Shown one piece after another: positions 1-8,331 of a stretch of 64,000 bases of DNA. The notes below the pieces were generated by a model. That model saw nothing but the letters and a program-made list of their open reading frames with translations, did not search any database and was not told where the DNA came from. The translations under genes were made by a program, and so were the position numbers. How positions within the stretch are numbered: the stretch's first letter is position 1; each line of letters starts with the position of its first letter. This DNA comes from a virus: the IMG/VR virus record IMGVR_UViG_3300029319_008466, positions 1 through 64,000 of that record. One strand, 5' to 3'.

Positions 1-2
1 CC

Positions 3-125
3 AAAAAGATTAATAAAAAGAAAACATCTATCGGAAACGGTAAATTTACAAAACACAAAAACCCTGGTGCCAACGGCGGCAATAAAGGGTACAAAAAGAA
101 ATACCGAGGACAAGGAAAAGGATAG
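3..125 (+). CDS. Small, highly basic phage protein (5'-partial), KKTSIG...KKYRGQG type
   Basis: Manual translation gives KKINKKKTSIGNGKFTKHKNPGANGGNKGYKKKYRGQGKG*, with the stop at TAG 123-125. It is not in the ORF track. I recall this motif from small proteins of marine phages. Confidence 0.7.
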   Translation, partial: KKINKKKTSIGNGKFTKHKNPGANGGNKGYKKKYRGQGKG

Positions 126-128
126 TCT

Positions 129-205
129 GCACCCGTAGCTCAGTTGGATAGAGCAACAGCCTTCTAAGCTGTGGGTCATAGGTTCGAGTCCTATCGGGTG
201 TGCCA
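129..205 (+). tRNA. tRNA-Arg(TCT)
   Basis: Acceptor stem GCACCCG/CGGGTGT, D arm GCTC/GAGC, anticodon arm ACAGC-CT-TCT-AA-GCTGT, T loop TTCGAGT, encoded CCA. Confidence 0.97.
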
Positions 206-211
206 TTTATT

Positions 212-310
212 ATGAAAAAAGAAATAGCAATTAAAATAATTATAATGAGTTTTAGCGTGACAGTATTAAGCATGTCAATAACTTTATTTTTATTAAGCAA
301 GTGTGGGTAA
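212..310 (+). CDS. Putative 32-aa single-TM peptide
   Basis: MKKEIAIKIIIMSFSVTVLSMSITLFLLSKCG* fills the gap between tRNA-Arg and the next ORF and has one hydrophobic stretch. Confidence 0.45.
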   Translation: MKKEIAIKIIIMSFSVTVLSMSITLFLLSKCG

Positions 311-550
311 GTGGTAAAAATTATTTTAACATTGTTGTTGGCAAATAATACTGCTTATGCTGGCATCACTGTCAAGCCACGAACTTATATGTGGCACACA
401 CATCATGAATATTGTATTCACCGCCCCCCTCCTAATCCAAATGGTGCTTGGGAATGGGTACCCGGTAATTATATATTTATACAAACCCGATTTGGTTTTG
501 TGAGGCGTGTATGGAAAGATGGACATTGGAAACTTAATCCATTTACTTGA
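311..550 (+). CDS. Small secreted protein with WXXGXW-like repeats
   Basis: Signal-peptide-like N-terminus (VKIILTLLLANNTAYA), then two repeats WVPGNY and WKDGHW after a Pro-rich linker. Confidence 0.55.
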   Translation: MVKIILTLLLANNTAYAGITVKPRTYMWHTHHEYCIHRPPPNPNGAWEWVPGNYIFIQTRFGFVRRVWKDGHWKLNPFT

Positions 551-555
551 ATAAT

Positions 556-630
556 GCCACCTTAGCTCAGTGGTAGAGCAGTTGCCTTGTAAGCATCAGG
601 TCGTCAGTTCGAGTCTGACAGGTGGCTCCA
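556..630 (+). tRNA. tRNA-Thr(TGT)
   Basis: Acceptor stem GCCACCT/AGGTGGC, anticodon loop CT-TGT-AA, T arm GTCAG-TTCGAGT-CTGAC, encoded CCA. Confidence 0.96.
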
Positions 631-636
631 TTTTTT

Positions 637-825
637 ATGAATGATAATTTAAAAAAAGTTATAACATGGAGAGTTCTTTCATTTACTATAGGGAGTATAA
701 TTAGTTATTTATATCTTGGTGAATTTAAAAAGTCATTTGAATTAACCATTATATTAACGATAATAATGACCACAGTACATTATTTTTATGAACAAGCATG
801 GGAAAATAACAAAGCAAGAACCTAA
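637..825 (+). CDS. DUF2061-like small membrane protein
   Basis: K-x-I-T-W-R...H-Y-F-Y-E-x-x-W pattern with two hydrophobic helices. Start moved to ATG 637 because 622 lies inside tRNA-Thr. Confidence 0.65.
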   Translation: MNDNLKKVITWRVLSFTIGSIISYLYLGEFKKSFELTIILTIIMTTVHYFYEQAWENNKART

Positions 826-832
826 TTATTTA
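822..832 (+). promoter_or_regulatory. Candidate phage late-promoter motif (CTAATTA/TATTTA) upstream of phoH
   Basis: The same (C)TAWTTA core occurs in six intergenic gaps of the structural region. Confidence 0.35.
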
Positions 833-847
833 CACTAAGGTATCTTA

Positions 848-2173
848 ATGGCAAAAAGAAAATATGTTATAGATACGAGCGTTTACTTAACAGAGCACCA
901 ATCAATTCATAAATTTGGAATTCATGATATAATTGTTCCACTAAAAGTATTAGAAGAAATTGACGCTCATAAAAAAAGACAAGATGCGGTGGGCGCTAAT
1001 GCTCGCGGCATTATTCGTACATTTGATGGACTAAGGGAGAAAGGTAATTTACATAAAGGAATTCGTCTTGCGAAAGGTCGAGGAATTGTCAGTGTTAAGG
1101 GTCACGACCCGGACTATCTTCCTCCCGACTTAAATCCATCTCAGGCAGACCATATTATTATAGCGACTGCTCTGACAGAAAAAGCCAAGAATCCCAATAG
1201 AAAAGTAATTGTAGTTACTCGTGATATTAATATGAGAGTTATTTGCGATTCCTTGGGGCTTCTGTGTGAAGACTATAGTTTAACGCAACTTGTTGACAGC
1301 GCAGATAGTTTATATAGCGGATTTACAGAAATATTAGTAGATGACCATTTGGTAGAGGGGTTTTACAATAATGAACCTGTATACTTGGAAGACGAACAAT
1401 ATAAAAATTTATATCCAAACCAGTTTCTTATGTTGATTTCAAATGCAAATGAAAAAAAGACCGCCTTGTGTCTTTATAAAGACCAGGGTCAAAAGCTGCA
1501 CCATCTTGCAGAATATAAAAAAAGGGGCGTATGGGGCGTAAAATCTCGCAACAAAGAGCAATTATTCGCCTTAAACTTGTTAATGGATCCAAATATTCCG
1601 ATTGTTTCTTTAGTTGGAAAAGCTGGGAGTGGTAAGACTCTTTTAGCCACCGCAGCCGGATTACAACAAATAATGGAAAAAGATGAAAATCAAGTATATA
1701 AAAGACTAATTATATCACGACCCGTTCAGCCTTTAGGAAATGACATTGGGTTCCTACCAGGCACAATGCAAGAAAAAATGGCACCTTGGTTGATGCCTAT
1801 TCAAGATAATCTTCAATTTCTTATGGGTGATGATAAAGCTACTCTTGAGATGTATGTGGAGAAAGGTGTAATAGAGGTCGAGGCATTAACATATATTAGG
1901 GGTCGTTCAATATCTAATGCTTTTATTATTATTGATGAGGCACAAAATCTCACTACACACGAAATTAAAACAATTATTACAAGAGTCGGTGAAGGAACCA
2001 AAATAGTCTTCACTGGCGACATTGATCAAATTGATAATGTTTATGTTGACGCGACCACAAACGGATTGACATATACTATTGAAAAATTTAAAAAACACGA
2101 TATTTGTGGTCATGTTACTTTACAAAAAGGTGAAAGGAGTAAAGTCGCTACTCTCGGAGCAAAAATACTTTAA
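848..2173 (+). CDS. phoH: PIN-PhoH family protein
   Basis: N-terminal PIN domain (VIDTSV...D), Walker A GKAGSGKT, RGRS, IIDEAQN, GDIDQID. Confidence 0.93.
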   Translation: MAKRKYVIDTSVYLTEHQSIHKFGIHDIIVPLKVLEEIDAHKKRQDAVGANARGIIRTFDGLREKGNLHKGIRLAKGRGIVSVKGHDPDYLPPDLNPSQADHIIIATALTEKAKNPNRKVIVVTRDINMRVICDSLGLLCEDYSLTQLVDSADSLYSGFTEILVDDHLVEGFYNNEPVYLEDEQYKNLYPNQFLMLISNANEKKTALCLYKDQGQKLHHLAEYKKRGVWGVKSRNKEQLFALNLLMDPNIPIVSLVGKAGSGKTLLATAAGLQQIMEKDENQVYKRLIISRPVQPLGNDIGFLPGTMQEKMAPWLMPIQDNLQFLMGDDKATLEMYVEKGVIEVEALTYIRGRSISNAFIIIDEAQNLTTHEIKTIITRVGEGTKIVFTGDIDQIDNVYVDATTNGLTYTIEKFKKHDICGHVTLQKGERSKVATLGAKIL

Positions 2174-2182
2174 AAGGAAAAA

Positions 2183-2461
2183 ATGGAAAATTTAGACACA
2201 ACAGAGATACTTAAAGAAGCTGTCGATAGCAACACTGCAATGAAAACATGGCTTGTTAATTATGTGGGAGAAAAACACGATCCACAAGATGATCAAGTCA
2301 CTGTTGAAATGATCGTGGAAACCATGGCAAAAGAATTCCCAGAATTTTTGATGGCTGTGGCTGAAGAAAACTGGGTGAGAGGATATCACCAAGCCTTACA
2401 TGATGTTGAGGTTGGCCAAAAAGCACACGAAGAAGAATTACAAAAAAATGGTGAAAAATAA
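2183..2461 (+). CDS. Hypothetical acidic phage protein
   Basis: 92-aa ORF with an AAGGA SD, packed in operon-like fashion. Confidence 0.75.
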   Translation: MENLDTTEILKEAVDSNTAMKTWLVNYVGEKHDPQDDQVTVEMIVETMAKEFPEFLMAVAEENWVRGYHQALHDVEVGQKAHEEELQKNGEK

Positions 2462-3134
2462 TTTACTTATTTACATTCAGGAAAATTCAAAAAAAACTGG
2501 AATATATTACCTGAATAATGATATACCTGTGTGGTCTGATGATCCACTTCCTGAACATATTAATTTGTCGGCTGTTTTAGAAAAAATAGAAAAAACAATT
2601 CCATCTGCATATTTTAGATATGTCCATGCTGTAAAAATTGGAACATATCCCGAAATGATTGACCGTGAAATAAATGCCATGTATAGGGATAATGTTTTAT
2701 ACATATCCAACTTTCAATCTGATGAAGAGGATATGTATGATGATATTATACATGAAATAGCGCATGCTGTCGAGGCACACAATACCGAATTGATTTATGG
2801 GGATGAGAAATTGATGGTGGAGTTTCTTGGAAAAAGAAAAAGATTATTTAATATCTTGAAAAACAAGGGATATGATGTTAAACTAGAAGAGTTCTTAAAA
2901 GTGGGATACGATTACAATTTTGATATGTTTCTGTTTCAAGAAATCGGATATTCATTATTAAATAATCTAGTCATGGGACTTTTTCCTGGGGCATATTCTG
3001 TTACAACGCTAAATGAATATTTTGCCACTGGTTTTGAGAACTTTTACATGGGAGAATCTAATTACATAAAAAAGATTTGTCCTCAATTGGCACAAAAATT
3101 ACTTTATTTGGATAATATAGCAAATGAATATTAA
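2448..3134 (+). CDS. Zincin-like metallopeptidase (HEXXH)
   Basis: IIHEIAHAVE plus a downstream NEYFA third-ligand-like motif. Start is probably ATG 2448. Confidence 0.6.
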   Translation: MVKNNLLIYIQENSKKTGIYYLNNDIPVWSDDPLPEHINLSAVLEKIEKTIPSAYFRYVHAVKIGTYPEMIDREINAMYRDNVLYISNFQSDEEDMYDDIIHEIAHAVEAHNTELIYGDEKLMVEFLGKRKRLFNILKNKGYDVKLEEFLKVGYDYNFDMFLFQEIGYSLLNNLVMGLFPGAYSVTTLNEYFATGFENFYMGESNYIKKICPQLAQKLLYLDNIANEY

Positions 3135-3420
3135 TGATTATATAGAAAAGCACTCAAAATTAGAACACACAAAGGAAAAAAACGTTTTCACATTTCACAT
3201 ATGTGTCCCTTTAAAGAAGGAAGGAGAAAAGCATTGGGTCATTAACACCCCTCATGTGCTTGAATATTTATCCTCTGTTAAAAAGATAAAGTCTTTGTCT
3301 ATTTTGCAGATTGGATCGACCATTATAAATGACCATCCAGACGGATTGGTTAGTAATTGGGTTTTTGTAGATGTCAGCAAAAAGCCAACAAAAAATAAAA
3401 AAACCAACAAAGAGGTGTGA
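3124..3420 (+). CDS. Hypothetical protein
   Basis: 98-aa ORF overlapping or abutting its neighbours. Confidence 0.65.
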   Translation: MNINDYIEKHSKLEHTKEKNVFTFHICVPLKKEGEKHWVINTPHVLEYLSSVKKIKSLSILQIGSTIINDHPDGLVSNWVFVDVSKKPTKNKKTNKEV

Positions 3421-3421
3421 A

Positions 3422-4192
3422 TTGCCACACATTTCCTATTCGGAATTAAAAAATTGGTGTCATTGTCCCTATTATCATAAGTTAGTTAATATTGATAAAA
3501 TAAAACATTTTGAAGGGAATGAATATACTGCTTTTGGGACCGCTTTACACTCTTTCTGTGAACATCTTTTAACAAAACAGATTAGTGTAACTGACAAGGC
3601 TTTTTTTATAAAAGAGTTTAGACAAGAATTAAAAAGTCTTGATAAAGATTTAAATAAAAAACTTGTAGTTTCTATGTTTGAACAGGGTAAGAAAATTGTG
3701 CCTGAGTTAATACCAGCCTTAAGAAAGGTGTTTGGGGATTACGATGTTTTTACAACAGAAGAGAAGCTATACGAACCTCTTGGAGAAGTTGAAAACTATT
3801 TATTTAAAGGATATGTCGATTTAGTATTAAAAACTAAAGACGGAAAGTATCACATAATTGATTGGAAAACTTGTTCATGGGGATGGGATTCTAAAAAGCG
3901 CTCGGATAAAATGATCGCCTATCAGTTGGTGCTTTATAAACATTATTTTTGTAAAAAACACAATATTGACCCAAAGAATGTGGAAACTCACTTTGCACTT
4001 TTAAAAAGAACGGCGAAAAAAGATATAGTAGAGGTGTTTAGCGTGACAAGCGGCACGAAGCGAACAGAAAATGCTCTTGAATTACTACAAAGAGCGATTG
4101 AAACGATTAAGAGTGGAGTTCACATAAAAAATAAATTATCTTGTACTTCTGGATATGGTTGTGAATTTTACAAAACACAATATTGTAAATAG
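3422..4192 (+). CDS. PD-(D/E)XK nuclease, Cas4/RecB-like with Fe-S cysteines
   Basis: SYS..WCHCP, GYVDLV, IIDWKT, QLVLY and C-terminal C-x5-C-x7-C. TTG start follows a GAGGTG SD. Confidence 0.85.
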   Translation: MPHISYSELKNWCHCPYYHKLVNIDKIKHFEGNEYTAFGTALHSFCEHLLTKQISVTDKAFFIKEFRQELKSLDKDLNKKLVVSMFEQGKKIVPELIPALRKVFGDYDVFTTEEKLYEPLGEVENYLFKGYVDLVLKTKDGKYHIIDWKTCSWGWDSKKRSDKMIAYQLVLYKHYFCKKHNIDPKNVETHFALLKRTAKKDIVEVFSVTSGTKRTENALELLQRAIETIKSGVHIKNKLSCTSGYGCEFYKTQYCK

Positions 4193-4201
4193 GAAATTGA
4201 A

Positions 4202-5479
4202 ATGAGTGATACCTCAAGTGAAAAAAAGAAAATATTTGTATTAGCGGACCATCCGTTTACTCCATCTGGTGTTGGAACCCAGACCAGATATGTTATAGAA
4301 GCCCTATTGAGAACAGGGAGGTATAAGTTCGTATGTTTTGGCGGGGCAGTGAAACATCACGACTATAAACCCCAGAGAACTGAAGAGTGGGGTGATGATT
4401 TAATTATACACCCTGTTGATGGGTATGGAAATCAAGATATGGTTCGTTCTGTAATTAGGCATGAAAGACCCGATCTTTTATGGTTTATGACCGATCCGCG
4501 TTTTTGGGGGTGGCTCTGGACTATAGATAATGAAGTTCGCGCCCATATGCCAATGTTATACTATCATGTATGGGATAATAAACCATATCCTTATTTTAAT
4601 AAATATGCTTATTCTTCAAATGACTTTATTGCCACAATTTCAAAACTAACAGATGATATTGTTAAAACTGTTGCACCAGACGTTGAGTCGCTTTATTTAC
4701 CACATGCAGTTAACGCAGAAATATTTAAAAAATTACCAGCTAACGAAGTGCAGACTTTTAGAAAAAACACTTTTCCCTCTGAAGGTGATAATAAAAAATT
4801 TATATTTTTCTGGAACAATCGTAACGCCAGACGCAAGCAGAGTGGAACTTTAATTTTCTGGTATAAAGAATTTTTAGATAAAATCGGTCATGATAAGTCC
4901 ACTCTCATCATGCATACCGATCCAAAAGATCCGCATGGTCAAGAATTAAATCACATTATAGAGAGCCTGGGATTAACTGACGGTCAAGTGCTATTTTCGA
5001 CTCAAAAGATGGACCCCGCAGGTCTTTGTATGATGTATAATATGGCAGACTGTACTATTAATATTTCAGATGCTGAAGGTTTTGGTCTGGCCACACTAGA
5101 ATCTTTGTCATGTGGCACTCCGATTATTGTCAATATGACAGGGGGGCTACAAGAGCAAGTAACGGATGGAAAGGACTGGTTTGGTTTTGGATTAGAGCCA
5201 GCCTCCAAAGCCATTATTGGGTCTCAAGAGGTGCCGTATATTTATGAAGATAGATTAAATAAAGATCAGTTTGTAGACGCCTTGGTCAAAATGTATAATA
5301 TGAGCCAAGAAGAGCGAGATGAGCTTGGTAGAAAGGGGAGAGCCCATGTGGAAAAAAACTATAATTTTGATAATTTTTGTAGCACCTGGGTTGATGTAGT
5401 TGATACAGTAATAGAAAAACACGGCTCTTGGGAAAATAGAAAAATTTATAAACCATGGACATTTAGGGAGATTAAATAA
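4202..5479 (+). CDS. Glycosyltransferase, GT4 (GT-B) family
   Basis: SGVG N-terminal loop, NRNARRK, and AEGFGLATLES (E-x7-E). Confidence 0.9.
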   Translation: MSDTSSEKKKIFVLADHPFTPSGVGTQTRYVIEALLRTGRYKFVCFGGAVKHHDYKPQRTEEWGDDLIIHPVDGYGNQDMVRSVIRHERPDLLWFMTDPRFWGWLWTIDNEVRAHMPMLYYHVWDNKPYPYFNKYAYSSNDFIATISKLTDDIVKTVAPDVESLYLPHAVNAEIFKKLPANEVQTFRKNTFPSEGDNKKFIFFWNNRNARRKQSGTLIFWYKEFLDKIGHDKSTLIMHTDPKDPHGQELNHIIESLGLTDGQVLFSTQKMDPAGLCMMYNMADCTINISDAEGFGLATLESLSCGTPIIVNMTGGLQEQVTDGKDWFGFGLEPASKAIIGSQEVPYIYEDRLNKDQFVDALVKMYNMSQEERDELGRKGRAHVEKNYNFDNFCSTWVDVVDTVIEKHGSWENRKIYKPWTFREIK

Positions 5480-6747
5480 TGAAAACAATATTAGTAAGAG
5501 GTCCGGCACTCTCTCGTTCTGGATATGGCGAGCAAACAAGATTTGCTTTGAGGGCACTAAGAACCCATGAAGATAGGTTTAATATTCTCGTGCAAAATAT
5601 TTCATGGGGTCAAACCGGCTGGATAACAGATGACACTGAAGAACGGCGCTGGATCGATAATATAATTGGCAAAACCCACCATCACCTAAATCAGCAATTG
5701 CCTATAGATATATCATTGCAAGTTACTATTCCAAATGAGTGGGAAAAGATTGCTCCTATAAATATTGGTTATACAGCAGGAATTGAGGCATCGAAAATAG
5801 CACCTGTATGGATAGAAAAATCATTTTTAATGGATAGGATTATAACAATTTCCAACCATTCAAAAAAAGTATTTGAATCAACAGTGTACGAGGCATTAAA
5901 CGAACAAACACAAGAAAAATTTCTATTTAAAACTGAAACGCCAATACATGTTGTACACTACCCAGTTAAGGATTTAACTGTTGAAAAGCTCGACATAGAA
6001 CTGGATTATGATTTCAACTTTTTAACAGTGGCTCAAATGGGTCCACGAAAAAATTTAGCCAACACGATTAAGTGGTTTATAGAAGAGTTTAAAGATGAAG
6101 AAGTGGGACTTGTGGTTAAAACAAATATTGCCAATTGTAGTACTTTTGATCAACATAGAACTGCTAATGACATTAGCCGACTAATAAATCAGGTTCCCGA
6201 ACGTAAGTGCAAAGTATATTTGTTACATGGAGATCTAACATTACAACAAATGAATTCTTTATACACAAATCCAAAAATTAAATGTTATGTAACACACACA
6301 CATGGAGAAGGATTTGGAATTCCTATATTTGAAGCAGCTTATTTTGGAGTCCCTGTGATAGCCCCTCAGTGGAGTGGGCAAAATGATTTCTTACATGCTC
6401 CAATTAAAGTAGGAAAGCAAAAGAAGGCAAAACTGCGACCATTGTTCTGTAGAACAGAATACACAATATCACAAATTCCACAAGAGGCTGTTTGGGATGG
6501 TGTTTTACAGGCAGATGCAATGTGGTGCATTCCGTCTGAAAAGGGAGCAAAAAACTCTTATAGAGAAATGTATAAAAATTATAAAAAATATGCTGCCATG
6601 GCTAAAAAACTAAAAAAATATATATTGCAAAACTTTACTGAACAAGAACAGCATGAAGAGTTTGTCAACTTTGTTCTGGGGGAAGAAGAACTAGAGTTAG
6701 AAAACTGGCTTTCTGAATTTTCAGAAGAATTGCAAGTTCATGAGTAA
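5479..6747 (+). CDS. Glycosyltransferase, GT4 (GT-B) family
   Basis: SGYG, RKN, and GEGFGIPIFEA (E-x7-E). TAATG overlap with the previous gene. Confidence 0.9.
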   Translation: MKTILVRGPALSRSGYGEQTRFALRALRTHEDRFNILVQNISWGQTGWITDDTEERRWIDNIIGKTHHHLNQQLPIDISLQVTIPNEWEKIAPINIGYTAGIEASKIAPVWIEKSFLMDRIITISNHSKKVFESTVYEALNEQTQEKFLFKTETPIHVVHYPVKDLTVEKLDIELDYDFNFLTVAQMGPRKNLANTIKWFIEEFKDEEVGLVVKTNIANCSTFDQHRTANDISRLINQVPERKCKVYLLHGDLTLQQMNSLYTNPKIKCYVTHTHGEGFGIPIFEAAYFGVPVIAPQWSGQNDFLHAPIKVGKQKKAKLRPLFCRTEYTISQIPQEAVWDGVLQADAMWCIPSEKGAKNSYREMYKNYKKYAAMAKKLKKYILQNFTEQEQHEEFVNFVLGEEELELENWLSEFSEELQVHE

Positions 6748-7582
6748 AATAATAATTATAGCTGATTTTTTTGTTAACGAAATCATGGGCGGTGGCGAAA
6801 TAAACAATGATGAATTAATAAAAATATTGAGAAAGAAAAAATACGAGGTTGATGAAATTAAAAGCATCAACGTAACACCGAGGTATTTAAAAGAATTGCC
6901 TCTTGATACCAAGATTATCGTTTCTAATTTTATTCAACTATCGAAAGAAAGTAAACAAATAATACAAAATGAAAAATCATATTTAATTTATGAACACGAC
7001 CACAAATATGTCAAAACAAGAAATCCGGCAGATTATAAAAACTTCCTCGCACCCAAAGAGCATATAATAAACTACAATTTTTATAAAAATGCAAAATCTG
7101 TATTATGCCAAAGCACTTTTCACTCAGATATTGTTAAATCAAATTTACATTTTGATAATATTCTAAGCTTAAGTGGGAATCTTTGGTCGCCATCTTCTTT
7201 AGAGTTGATGGAAAAAATTTGTAAGATAGATAAAGGGCAAAAATATTCAATTATTAATTCTAATACATGGCACAAAAATACAAAAGGAACAGTGTATTTG
7301 TGCGAAACAAAAAAATGGGAGTATGATTTGATAAATCCTGGTTCATATAGCAAGTTTCTGTCCGATTTAGGAAAAAATGATAAGTTTATATTTTTACCAA
7401 AAACTCCCGAAACTTTGTCACGAATTGTTGTAGAAGCTAGAATGATGGGTATGTCTGTGATCACCAATAATTTAGTTGGCGCAACAAAAGAAGCTTGGTT
7501 TTCTCAAAAAGGGCCAGAACTAATTGAAACTGTTCTCAAGATGAGAAAATCCATACCAGAAAAAGTATTACAATCTTTTTAA
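6740..7582 (+). CDS. Glycosyltransferase-like (GT-B)
   Basis: GGGE N-terminal motif and PETLSRIVVEARMMG (E-x7-E-like). Confidence 0.7.
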   Translation: MSKIIIIADFFVNEIMGGGEINNDELIKILRKKKYEVDEIKSINVTPRYLKELPLDTKIIVSNFIQLSKESKQIIQNEKSYLIYEHDHKYVKTRNPADYKNFLAPKEHIINYNFYKNAKSVLCQSTFHSDIVKSNLHFDNILSLSGNLWSPSSLELMEKICKIDKGQKYSIINSNTWHKNTKGTVYLCETKKWEYDLINPGSYSKFLSDLGKNDKFIFLPKTPETLSRIVVEARMMGMSVITNNLVGATKEAWFSQKGPELIETVLKMRKSIPEKVLQSF

Positions 7583-7588
7583 AGTATT

Positions 7589-8320
7589 ATGAAAATTACA
7601 ATTATCATCCCTTGCTATAATGCAGAAGCCTGGATAGCCGAAAGCATTAAGTCTGCTCTCTTACAAACATATGAAAATACTGAAGTGATTTTTGTTGATA
7701 ATGAAAGTACAGATAATAGTCACGCAATTGCTTTAGAAATTCAAAAATTAAATCCAAAACTAAAAGTTTTTACAGCACCAAATTTATATAAATATTCTTG
7801 GGAAGAGCCTGTGGATAAAGCCCTGTCCGAAGCTACTGGTGAATATTTTACTATTTTGGGAGCAGACGATTATATTGACAAAGATTATATCAAGAACATA
7901 GTAAATGTAATTTCTGTCGCTCCAAACAAAATACAAATTATACAAACACCAATAAGGGGCGTTTTAAAAAATAAAGAAAAATACTTAGAAGAGATTAAGC
8001 ACACTTATAAAAGTTTAGAGGAATTTAAAACACTTTTGTTTAAAAGGTGCCCCGTTAATACACCAACTGTAGTATATAAAAAACAACTATATGATTCGGG
8101 TATAATTCGTTGGAATTCCAAAAAATATCTTGGTGCGGCAGACTATGATTTATATTTTAACATAGCCCATCATGACATTTTTATATATCCATATCCAAAA
8201 TGGTTAGGATATTTCTACAGATGGCATGACAAACAGGCTACTTGGGGAATGCACCAAGAAAATACTAACTATGATTCAATTATCCAAGCACACTGGAATG
8301 CTGTCTGGGACTGGGAATAA
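7589..8320 (+). CDS. Glycosyltransferase, GT2 family
   Basis: IIIPCYN, VDNESTD, GADD (DXD-like), ADYD. Confidence 0.9.
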   Translation: MKITIIIPCYNAEAWIAESIKSALLQTYENTEVIFVDNESTDNSHAIALEIQKLNPKLKVFTAPNLYKYSWEEPVDKALSEATGEYFTILGADDYIDKDYIKNIVNVISVAPNKIQIIQTPIRGVLKNKEKYLEEIKHTYKSLEEFKTLLFKRCPVNTPTVVYKKQLYDSGIIRWNSKKYLGAADYDLYFNIAHHDIFIYPYPKWLGYFYRWHDKQATWGMHQENTNYDSIIQAHWNAVWDWE

Positions 8321-8331
8321 AAGAGGTTAAT

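Noticed and set aside
46-300. 84-aa minus-strand ORF
   Set aside because: It is antisense to tRNA-Arg; TPDRTRTYDPQLRRLLLYPTEL is a typical tRNA shadow translation.
3422-4192. Cas4-like nuclease as evidence of CRISPR-Cas
   Set aside because: I saw no repeat-spacer array or other cas gene, and solo Cas4-like nucleases are common in phages.
4202-8320. DNA hypermodification as the role of the GTs
   Set aside because: No base hydroxymethylase, TET/JBP or thymidylate-synthase homolog in the window. It remains an alternative if such genes lie elsewhere.
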